From Candidatus Liminaster caballi (lineage in GTDB: Bacteria > Bacteroidota > Bacteroidia > Bacteroidales > UBA3663), in contig JAGHUA010000061.1 of assembly GCA_018065085.1 (NCBI GenBank), positions 8,991 to 72,990 of the forward strand: a stretch of 64,000 nucleotides of DNA, read 5' to 3'. Below the pieces are notes generated by a model. The model did not search any database, was not told the origin of the DNA, and was given only the letters and a program-made list of their open reading frames with translations. Positions 16,504 to 24,679 of the stretch are shown here, piece by piece. The translations under genes and the position numbers were made by a program. The number at the start of each line of letters is the position of its first letter. Position 1 is the stretch's first letter.

Positions 16504-18059
16504 TAGACAACAGCCTCTATAAGCGTGCGGCCTTTCAACACTACAGGAGGCAGCAAACCAGATTGCTTGGTCTTGTTGAAGCAGAAACTAAGGAGATATC
16601 CTTCTTGCAGGTCGAAATATTCAAGATAACGGCAGAGTTGTTCCTCACCACGCTCATTGTAAGCGTTGCCTCTCCAGATCTTCAGTTCGATGACGTATTG
16701 TCTGCCGAGGTAGTCGATGACTACGTCCATACGGTCGTGGTCGCGTGTCTGTTCTTCGATGTGATAGCTGCCCACTCCGTTGATGACAGGACGCAGGTAG
16801 GTAAGGAACACCTTGCGTGCATCGTTCTCAATGAATTCGTTGTCATGATCCATCTTGTAGGTCTGGTTCATGTGGACGATGAAACGTTGCATTAGGAGAG
16901 GAATGTCCAGAATGCCGTCGTGGATAAACTGACTCTTGTCGGTCATGCCCTGAATAAAGTCGGCAGAATTCTTATCCTGTGAGATGAAGTATTCGTAAAA
17001 CCAAATCTCAAACATGCGGCATGCAACGGCAAATGCGCCATTCTGCTGCTTGACGAAGTTGAACATCAGAGCGAGGTTGGTAGCTTTGTCGTAATAATTG
17101 AATGAATAGCGATAGCCATTGAAAAGCACGCCCCTGATAGTACGCTCCAATTCTGGGAACTCATCAAGTTTCTTGGCAATGTCATCAAACAGAGTACTAC
17201 CCTCGGTCAGTATTTTGTTCACCGCCTTCAGCACACCATCTTTATTCCATGTCCACTGTTCTGCATCGATAATCTGGCAGATGCGGCTCACGAGGAATGG
17301 ATAGCCGGAGGTGTAGTCGCGGATCATCTGAGCGACAGCCTTCTCGTCAAAGTCCAAACCGTGATCAGCTTTGTATTCAGCCAGCATTCCTGCAATACCT
17401 TCTGCCGACAGACTCATATCGACATCGAAGGGAACGGCGATGTTCCAAGGGCTGTTGTATTGGTGTTGATCCTCTGGACGAATCTTAAGTTTAAGGTTCT
17501 TGACATCATAGACACCAGCGAGGATGACAGATTGGAAGGTAGGATGACTGTCGCGATTAAGAAACATGCTTCGCAATCCTCCGAGGAATTTGATGAAGCC
17601 GTCATTATTGCCCGCCTGATCTACTTCGTCAATCAAAACGACAACCGGTTTTGAAGACAGTTCACAAAGTTCAGCCACAATGTCGGTAAAATCAAAGTTG
17701 TCAACAGACTTCAAACCTCTTGGTGCAACCTCTTCAAGTAGTTCCTTGACTTTGTCGTCTTTGGGTGCAATGCGTGTTTCGCGTCTCAATAACCTAAGGA
17801 ATGCAGCATTTGCTGTTGCGGCATCCAGAAAGTAATTGTCATCAACACCTTCAAAACTAATACTGAATACGAGATACTCATCTGATAGATGCTTTCTGAT
17901 AGCCTCCAACGTCGTTGTTTTGCCATACTGCCTGCCGCGATTTATGCAGAAATAGTCACCCTTGGTCACCATCTTTCGGATGATTTCCAGACGTTCGGTG
18001 ATGTCCACCATATAGTGTTCATTAGGGCGACAGGTGCCCGCTGTGTTGAATGTTTTCAT
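16503..18059 (-). CDS. AAA-ATPase-like protein with C-terminal PD-(D/E)XK nuclease-like domain (Bacteroidales multi-copy family)
   Basis: P-loop NRGRQYGKTT, Walker B VVVLIDEVD, and C-terminal DVVIDY...YVIELKIW (D...ELK nuclease motif). The ATG at 18059 is preferred over the TTG at 18098 because a -7 box lies at 18096-18103. Confidence 0.75.
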   Translation of the reverse strand: MKTFNTAGTCRPNEHYMVDITERLEIIRKMVTKGDYFCINRGRQYGKTTTLEAIRKHLSDEYLVFSISFEGVDDNYFLDAATANAAFLRLLRRETRIAPKDDKVKELLEEVAPRGLKSVDNFDFTDIVAELCELSSKPVVVLIDEVDQAGNNDGFIKFLGGLRSMFLNRDSHPTFQSVILAGVYDVKNLKLKIRPEDQHQYNSPWNIAVPFDVDMSLSAEGIAGMLAEYKADHGLDFDEKAVAQMIRDYTSGYPFLVSRICQIIDAEQWTWNKDGVLKAVNKILTEGSTLFDDIAKKLDEFPELERTIRGVLFNGYRYSFNYYDKATNLALMFNFVKQQNGAFAVACRMFEIWFYEYFISQDKNSADFIQGMTDKSQFIHDGILDIPLLMQRFIVHMNQTYKMDHDNEFIENDARKVFLTYLRPVINGVGSYHIEEQTRDHDRMDVVIDYLGRQYVIELKIWRGNAYNERGEEQLCRYLEYFDLQEGYLLSFCFNKTKQSGLLPPVVLKGRTLIEAVV

Positions 18060-18095
18060 ATCTGATGTAGCGAAAAGTGTACTCTCTATGCCTTG

Positions 18096-18103
18096 CAAAT
18101 ATA
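18096..18103 (-). promoter_or_regulatory. Bacteroidetes -7 promoter box (TATATTTG on the minus strand)
   Basis: The plus strand reads CAAATATA. Lies 37 nt upstream of the ATG at 18059. Confidence 0.45.
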
Positions 18104-18311
18104 TGAAAAATATCTTAAATGCGAGTAAAATAGCTCTTGAAAATGGCGTTTTTTTATGAAACTTTATTACTTATGTTATACTAAACTGACATTTTTGTAT
18201 GCATATAGGTATAAAAGAATGCAGCGACTATCAACTCCAAGATGAAGTGATAATCGCTGCAAACTACAATATATAGGTATCAATACCTGTAGTTGATCGA
18301 ATGCTTAGAGA

Positions 18312-18473
18312 TTAGTTCTCGTAGTCAGCCCAATCGTTACCGCGGTTTGAAGGTGCAAAGTTGTTGTTTGCATCATCAACGTTTGGCTGTTTGTTGTTAA
18401 ATGAAGAAACTGCAATGATTGCTGCGCTTTCGATTTCTACCATTTTGATAGCAGGCTTAATATATGTCTTCAT
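18312..18473 (-). CDS. Small hypothetical protein (53 aa), below the ORF-track size cut-off
   Basis: My translation is MKTYIKPAIKMVEIESAAIIAVSSFNNKQPNVDDANNNFAPSNRGNDWADYEN. It starts 28 nt after the adhesin stop on the same strand, and a hairpin plus T-tract lies downstream (~18219-18258). Confidence 0.4.
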   Translation of the reverse strand: MKTYIKPAIKMVEIESAAIIAVSSFNNKQPNVDDANNNFAPSNRGNDWADYEN

Positions 18474-18500
18474 ATCTGTAATGCATTATCGGATTAAAGA

Positions 18501-21500
18501 TTACTTGCTCAAGATCTTCTTGCCATTACGGATGATGAGACCCTTATAATTCTCGTTTACACGCAGACCATTGAGGTCGTAGCTTGTCGCATTCTCAGTA
18601 GCCTCGACATTCATGATGCCTGTGCCATTCTCAAGATCCTCAAAACTGAAGCCATGAACTAAGCTTGCTGCAGAACTATTAGGAATTGCGAGGTAAGCAC
18701 CACCTTCCTTAGCATAGAATGCAGCACCATCAGCAGCACCAAAGTAGAAACCAAGTCCAGTCTTGTTCGTATAGTCGTCGTAAGCAAGTTTGTAGAACTT
18801 GTAATCTCCAGTCATAGCTTCGCTGGCTGGCTTGAGGAGATTGGCAGGAGCGGCTCCGAACTGATAGTTCGAAACAGGCATGTATGAAACGGTGTTGACA
18901 TCAGCCTTCAAGAGAACACCTGTGTTTGCTGGAACGTGGATGCCCTCAAAACCGCTTGCGCCAATTGGCTTGAGCTCGTCGTAGCTGCTTAATGCAATCA
19001 TATCAGCATCAAGAGTAACTGCGTAAACGTCCTCGGTGCCAATAATTACAACATCAGAGGTGCTGCTGAATGTAGCCCAGTACTTTCCTTCGTTGTCCTG
19101 TGCAATAAGAGTAAGATTAGCCGAATTTGACCCATCATATTCTGGAGTTGGTTCACCGAAGGTAGCAGAGATTGTTACATTGGCAGCTGGCATTGTGAAC
19201 TGGTTGTCAGTTACGGTAATCGTAGCCTGAGTATCATCTCTTCTGACATTCCAAGACTTAAATACATAACCGTCTTCAGCAGAAGGAACAAGAGTGATAA
19301 CTGTGCCGATAGTAGCAGTTGTTACATCGCCTACAACTTCTACCGAACCGTTTGCAATGGCATCGCTTACGGTAATAGTATAGTTGATAGCGTTAAATAC
19401 GGCAGCTACAGTTACGTCTTCGGCTGGCATAGTAAATGAACTTCCAACAATTGCCTCACCATTTACTGTGATGCTTGTGAGCTCATAACCTTCATTAGGA
19501 GTGGCTGTCACGTTAACAGTAGCACCTTCTTCTGCTTCTGTTACATCTGTAGAGAGTGTACCGTTTTCGTGTGAGCCAATAGTTACGGCATAAGTTGGAG
19601 CAGGAGTTGGGGCTTCAGAACCCTCTATTATTACTGTTGCTGAAGTAACTGAAACTGCATCAAACAAACCTCCTGTGCAAGAGAACGTAACAGTTTCGGC
19701 ACCCTCGGCAGATTCCCAAACTCCTGTAGTGCTGTTGTATCCACTAGGATTAGATGAAAGCATGCTAGGAGAATTACATGTCAAATGGATTTCGACAATC
19801 TTACCTGCGTCTGATGTAAATACTAAATTATCATAGAGTGTGCCCACTACTGCATAAAATGAGCCACCAGATCCGGATCTATAATATGTAGCAGTTACAG
19901 GATCGTGAGTTATCGTATTAGAGGTATTGCTTGTGAAATCAAAATCAATCTCAATAACATTGCCGACTTCAACGAATGTAGCAGAAACTGTTACATCTGA
20001 TTCTGGCATTGTGAATGTGTTGTTTGTAACAGGTATGTTATTACTGTTTGCATCAACAACGTTCCATGCAGATAATTTATAGCCTGAAGCAGGAGTTGCA
20101 GTAAGTGTAACTGTTTCGCCAGCCTCAGCTTCAGACTTATCTGCAGTAACTGTACCATTTGCAATCGAAGGATTAACAGTTACAGCATACTTAACTGGAG
20201 GAACAATCTTCTCAAGAACGAAATTCTTTGCGTAAAGATACCATTCGTCTCGATCAGATACGCCGTGGATAGCGAAATAGTAAACTCCAGGGGTAGAGAT
20301 TTCAAACTCCTGAGAGTATGTAACGTCAGATGCAGTTGGCGTTGTTACTCCAATAATTTGTGTAGTCAAAGCATCAGCTGTTGGAGCGGTACCATAGACA
20401 ATCTCAAATTTTTCTGGATATCTTACACCGTATTCTCGCATATCTACAGAGAGACGATAATTGCCACCAGAAATAGTGATACCAGGAGTTACAAGATAGT
20501 CATTCATAGCTTGAGTCGAATTCCACTGAATGCGAGCTTGTCCATCAGCGAAAATCCACTTTACACCATCATTGTTAGCATCAATCACTGTGAATTCATC
20601 AAACAATGCCTGTGAGGTCAATGCGTTTGAGTAATTGTCATTGATAGGAGGCTTTTGATCGAATGTAGCAGAAACGGTAACAGCCTCAGCAGGCATAGTG
20701 AATTGGTTGTTTGCCACAGCAACAGGAGTTCCGCCTGCAGTAGTTGTTACAGCCCAAGAACCGAACTGATATCCAACAGCAGGAGTTGCAGTAAGCGTAA
20801 CTGTTTCGCCAGCCTCAGCCTCAGTCTTGTCAGCAGTAACAGTACCATTTGCAATCGAAGGATTAACAGTTACTGCATAAGTTGGAGCTTTTGCAATGAT
20901 TGAGAGATTGTCAAAATATGCATGGTAGTATGCACCCTTGAGATTTACACGAATCATCACCTTAACCCAATTGTCATTCTTGTAATCACCAGTAAAGTCT
21001 ACTACTGCTCTCTGATAGCTATCGGTAGGATTACTAATTGTCTCTATCTGATTCTCATTTCCATTCTGATCGAGAACAATAACATCAAATGTAATATTCG
21101 AAGCGTCAGCTTTATAATCAAAAGAAAGCTGAGCATTAGAACCTGCAAAATCAATCTTGCCAGTGATGAAATTCAGCGCCTCGTTACCAACCCAAGTATA
21201 CATATCATACTCTGAGTTGGATTCTCCGCCCCAACAATTGGTTCCTTCATACTTGTACCTGTTGCTTGAAGTAGAGAAATCTACGTTGAAAGGAAGAGTA
21301 TAAGGAGCACCAACAGAGATAGCGTTTGGTGTATAGGTTGCAGAAGAAGAACCTGCAGATGTGACTGCCTTGATTGCAAACTTCAGCTCACCTTGTTCTC
21401 CTGAATTCAGATCATAGTCGAATGAGTATGTGGTCTCGGTGATTGGAGCATTGTTGATGACTGAGCCTTCAGTGTAGTTCTTGTAAGGATATACATTGTA

Positions 21501-22940
21501 AGTTACTGTTCCAAGATAGCCATTGTTCTGGCCACGGGTTGGAGCATTCCATGTAAGAGTTACGCGGTTGCCGTCAACAGTCATCTGAGCGTTGGAAGGA
21601 GAGGCTGGAAGATCAGAACCGATGTAAGGACTTCTTACCTTTCGAACTTTGCCAACAAGAGCGCCATCGGTGATGACAACGCCATAATTGTTCTCTCCAT
21701 TTTCGGCATCTTCGTCCACATAAGAAACTTCAGCGCCAGCAATGGCGTTTCCAGAAGCAATTTCAACATCAGAACCGCTAATCTCATTGCTCCATGGATC
21801 CTGACAGCGATAGATGTGGTAGGTCAACTGCTTGCCAGAAGTATATGCATCACCACCATAAGTTGCAGTTGGCATATTGAAGCTGATAGTTGCGCTAAGT
21901 TCACCATTCTCCCCAGCCTCTACGTCAATGCTTTCTACAGCAGCAGGCATGTCGTCTGCAACTGGTTCAATGGCAAAGTCATCAACATACAGATCGCCTG
22001 TGTTCGGATTTGACCAACATTTTACTGCAAAATAATAGGTGTCTGTAGAAGGAGCAACGAATTCTGGCTGATCAAATGTCTCCCATCCAGTACTAAAAAT
22101 CATTGCCATACCAAGTACGGTTTGATTAAGTCCGGCTGCAGTGGCTTCTGTACCGGCAACAATGCCCGAATAGTGCCAACCTCCCTGTGGAGACTTGCCC
22201 TTGAAGCTAACGTTATAGCGCTTACCTTCTGTAAGGTTTGCTGCACAAATAACTACATAATCATTTACAGAAGAAGGTGAATTTGTATTAAGAACAAGAA
22301 TACTATTACCACCATCGTTGCCTAACGCAAACTTATAGTCATCTTCATTTGCATCAATAGCTAAAAGATTCTCCTTTTCTTCGTCAGTTTCGAATTGATT
22401 TAGATAAGGAAGAGAAACTACTTGAGGAGTGCCATCAAGACTTGGAGCTGGTTCTGGGTCTGAGCCTGGAGTGGAACCGTCCAAACCACCTTCGACCCAA
22501 ACCTGTGCTCCAGAAATATACATATCCATTTCTGTTCCATTTGAATGGAAAGTAATACTTTTGGCAGAGCCTGTCCATGTTTTTGTATCCGGATCCCAAG
22601 AACCGACGCCATCTGTAGTTATATTGTACTCATAACCGTCAGTGTTGCCCCAATTATTAATGAAACCGCTCAACACGATTTTTTCGATATTATTACCACT
22701 CGAAGCAATTACCAAATTCCAATCATAATCAGAACCATTGCAGTAAATGTTTGCACCTTTGTCATAACTATGAGTAGTCGCCGTAACGCAAGTACCTGAA
22801 GGAGTATACGAAATACCACCTTGGAAATTAATAGAGACATCTGCATCTTGTGCGTACGTCGGCCCAGCCCACGATACGCACACAAACATGAGCATCAGGA
22901 ACCTGAGCCATGAATGCATTTTTGAAAAATGATTTTTCAT
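18501..22940 (-). CDS. Giant secreted repeat protein or adhesin with a T9SS C-terminal sorting domain
   Basis: 1479 aa with a signal peptide (FVCVSWAGPTYAQ). Has at least 5 Listeria-Bacteroides-type repeats (YAVTVNPSIANGTVTADK.EAEAGETVTLTATPA.GY...FTMP...VTVSATF). Has two cleaved-adhesin/choice-of-anchor-like modules (DANEDDYKF..., DANNDGVKW...). The C-terminus YDLNGLRVNENYKGLIIRNGKKILSK is typical of a T9SS CTD. Confidence 0.8.
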   Translation of the reverse strand: MKNHFSKMHSWLRFLMLMFVCVSWAGPTYAQDADVSINFQGGISYTPSGTCVTATTHSYDKGANIYCNGSDYDWNLVIASSGNNIEKIVLSGFINNWGNTDGYEYNITTDGVGSWDPDTKTWTGSAKSITFHSNGTEMDMYISGAQVWVEGGLDGSTPGSDPEPAPSLDGTPQVVSLPYLNQFETDEEKENLLAIDANEDDYKFALGNDGGNSILVLNTNSPSSVNDYVVICAANLTEGKRYNVSFKGKSPQGGWHYSGIVAGTEATAAGLNQTVLGMAMIFSTGWETFDQPEFVAPSTDTYYFAVKCWSNPNTGDLYVDDFAIEPVADDMPAAVESIDVEAGENGELSATISFNMPTATYGGDAYTSGKQLTYHIYRCQDPWSNEISGSDVEIASGNAIAGAEVSYVDEDAENGENNYGVVITDGALVGKVRKVRSPYIGSDLPASPSNAQMTVDGNRVTLTWNAPTRGQNNGYLGTVTYNVYPYKNYTEGSVINNAPITETTYSFDYDLNSGEQGELKFAIKAVTSAGSSSATYTPNAISVGAPYTLPFNVDFSTSSNRYKYEGTNCWGGESNSEYDMYTWVGNEALNFITGKIDFAGSNAQLSFDYKADASNITFDVIVLDQNGNENQIETISNPTDSYQRAVVDFTGDYKNDNWVKVMIRVNLKGAYYHAYFDNLSIIAKAPTYAVTVNPSIANGTVTADKTEAEAGETVTLTATPAVGYQFGSWAVTTTAGGTPVAVANNQFTMPAEAVTVSATFDQKPPINDNYSNALTSQALFDEFTVIDANNDGVKWIFADGQARIQWNSTQAMNDYLVTPGITISGGNYRLSVDMREYGVRYPEKFEIVYGTAPTADALTTQIIGVTTPTASDVTYSQEFEISTPGVYYFAIHGVSDRDEWYLYAKNFVLEKIVPPVKYAVTVNPSIANGTVTADKSEAEAGETVTLTATPASGYKLSAWNVVDANSNNIPVTNNTFTMPESDVTVSATFVEVGNVIEIDFDFTSNTSNTITHDPVTATYYRSGSGGSFYAVVGTLYDNLVFTSDAGKIVEIHLTCNSPSMLSSNPSGYNSTTGVWESAEGAETVTFSCTGGLFDAVSVTSATVIIEGSEAPTPAPTYAVTIGSHENGTLSTDVTEAEEGATVNVTATPNEGYELTSITVNGEAIVGSSFTMPAEDVTVAAVFNAINYTITVSDAIANGSVEVVGDVTTATIGTVITLVPSAEDGYVFKSWNVRRDDTQATITVTDNQFTMPAANVTISATFGEPTPEYDGSNSANLTLIAQDNEGKYWATFSSTSDVVIIGTEDVYAVTLDADMIALSSYDELKPIGASGFEGIHVPANTGVLLKADVNTVSYMPVSNYQFGAAPANLLKPASEAMTGDYKFYKLAYDDYTNKTGLGFYFGAADGAAFYAKEGGAYLAIPNSSAASLVHGFSFEDLENGTGIMNVEATENATSYDLNGLRVNENYKGLIIRNGKKILSK

Positions 22941-23063
22941 AAAATAAAGTTGTTAGTTAATAAAAAAAAGAAAAGATATAGTTTGTAATAATCTTTGTTT
23001 TACATAACACAATAGTACAGATATGCACACAATACGCACAATATGTACACGCGCAAAGCGGTG

Positions 23064-23071
23064 CAAAGATA
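23064..23071 (-). promoter_or_regulatory. Bacteroidetes -7 promoter box (TATCTTTG on the minus strand)
   Basis: The plus strand reads CAAAGATA. Lies ~124 nt upstream of the adhesin ATG at 22940. Confidence 0.35.
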
Positions 23072-23177
23072 TTAAAGATTTTTCACATTTGGAGTGTGCT
23101 GTATGTAAAAAGTGTGAAAACGCATACAAAATGAGCGTTTTTATAATGTTTGGTGTGCAAAATGAAAGCAAAAAGAG

Positions 23178-23217
23178 ACAAAAAAGAACCTGTTGTGTAG
23201 CATTGGTACACAACAGG
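23178..23217 (-). terminator. Rho-independent terminator of the aguB-like gene
   Basis: 11-bp perfect stem CCTGTTGTGTA/TACACAACAGG (23189-23217) with a 7-nt loop. The plus-strand A-run at 23180-23188 is the T-tract on the minus strand. Confidence 0.65.
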
Positions 23218-23261
23218 TATATAGCATTTTGCTATGATAAAGAGGTAGTTCTGACAGATGT

Positions 23262-24578
23262 TTACTTCTTCAGCTTCTGCGATGCCTCTTTTGTAAATAC
23301 AGAGACGCTTTCGAAGAATGATGAGGTCTTGGACTTTATGCTGTCGATGAGGCCAGGAGCTTTGTCATCGATATATTTGCCAGTAGCAGAGACGGCTTCG
23401 GTGACTGTTTCGCCTGTTGCCTTCGACGCATCCTTAATGGCTTCTTTCGCTACCTTGGCTTTTTCTTTCGTAGCGCTATAATATGATGATGTGGCGTCAG
23501 AAGTTTCTTTTGCTGCATCCTTGACACCATCTGTTACAGTCTCTGTTCCATCTTTGACGGCATCGACGGCTGTTGTAGATGCATCGACTACAGCATCGGT
23601 TGCATCGACGATGGTGGTTTTGGCATCATCAATCAGATCGCTGACCTTGTCAAGAACCTGAGCATCGGCAGTATGGAGGGCGAATGTCATGGCAAAGGCG
23701 CAGACGGAAAGGAGGAACCGTTTGGCGAGAGGCGCAAACTCCTCGATGCGACGGTCACGCAGGAACGGCCACCAGCGGCGTACGTTTTCAGATCGTTTCA
23801 TGTCGATCTCGACAATCATAAGCGTCGGTTCTGTGCCAGCCTCTGCAAGGAACTCGCCCTGAGGACCAGCCACAAACGAATGTCCCCAGAACTCGATGCC
23901 GTTGGTCTGACCGGATGGGTCGGACTCCCAGCCGCAGCGATTCACGGCAATGACTGGCAATCCGTTGGCAACGGCATGTCCGCGCTGAACTGTCTGCCAT
24001 GCGCCAAGCTGACGCTGTTTCTCTTCCGGCGTGTCGCTGCTCTCCCAACCGATGGCAGTAGGGTAGATGAGAAGTTCGGCTCCGCGCAGGGCCATGAGAC
24101 GCGCGCCTTCGGGATACCATTGATCCCAGCAGACCTGTACACCAAGACGTCCGACGGATGTCTGAATTGGGTTGAACCCGAGATCGCCCGGAGTGAAATA
24201 GAATTTTTCATAGTAGGCAGGATCGTCGGGGATGTGCATCTTGCGATACTGTCCGGCAATGCTTCCATCCTTTTCGAACACAACTGCTGTATTATGATAG
24301 AGACCGGCAGCGCGACGCTCGAACAGGCTTGTGACGAGCACAACTCCACATTCGGCGGCAATCTGCGAGTAGAATTCTGTGGAAGGACCGGGAATTGGTT
24401 CGGCAAGATCGAAGTTGTTGGTGTCCTCCACCTGGCAGAAATAGAGCGAGTTGTGGAGTTCCTGCAGAACGACCAGTTCTGCGCCCTGAGCTGCTGCGCG
24501 GCGGATGTCTGCGGCAAGATCCTGCATGTTCTGTGTGACATCGGCTGTCTTGGCCTGCTGTATGAGTGCTACTTTCAT
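23262..24578 (-). CDS. aguB: N-carbamoylputrescine amidase-like C-N hydrolase fused in frame to a signal-peptide-like segment and an Ala/Thr/Asp/Lys-rich tail
   Basis: The first ~295 aa carry nitrilase-superfamily motifs (VVLQELH, VCWDQWYPEGARL, ending WPFLRDRRIEEFAPLAKRF). The ORF then continues with LLSVCAFAMTFALHTADAQ and ~125 aa of low-complexity sequence. Confidence 0.7.
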   Translation of the reverse strand: MKVALIQQAKTADVTQNMQDLAADIRRAAAQGAELVVLQELHNSLYFCQVEDTNNFDLAEPIPGPSTEFYSQIAAECGVVLVTSLFERRAAGLYHNTAVVFEKDGSIAGQYRKMHIPDDPAYYEKFYFTPGDLGFNPIQTSVGRLGVQVCWDQWYPEGARLMALRGAELLIYPTAIGWESSDTPEEKQRQLGAWQTVQRGHAVANGLPVIAVNRCGWESDPSGQTNGIEFWGHSFVAGPQGEFLAEAGTEPTLMIVEIDMKRSENVRRWWPFLRDRRIEEFAPLAKRFLLSVCAFAMTFALHTADAQVLDKVSDLIDDAKTTIVDATDAVVDASTTAVDAVKDGTETVTDGVKDAAKETSDATSSYYSATKEKAKVAKEAIKDASKATGETVTEAVSATGKYIDDKAPGLIDSIKSKTSSFFESVSVFTKEASQKLKK

Positions 24579-24590
24579 ATTCTATATGGG

Positions 24591-24671
24591 GAAGTTAAAG
24601 GAGTTAAAGGAGTTAAAGGAGATAAAGAAGTTAAAGAAGTTAAAGAAGATAAAGGAGATAGGGCAGATAAA
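24591..24671. repeat. 9-bp microsatellite, 9 units (GRAGWTAAA)
   Basis: GAAGTTAAA GGAGTTAAA GGAGTTAAA GGAGATAAA GAAGTTAAA GAAGTTAAA GAAGATAAA GGAGATAGG GCAGATAAA. Lies between the GH2 stop (24680) and the aguB start (24578). Confidence 0.9.
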
Positions 24672-24679
24672 GACGTTTG

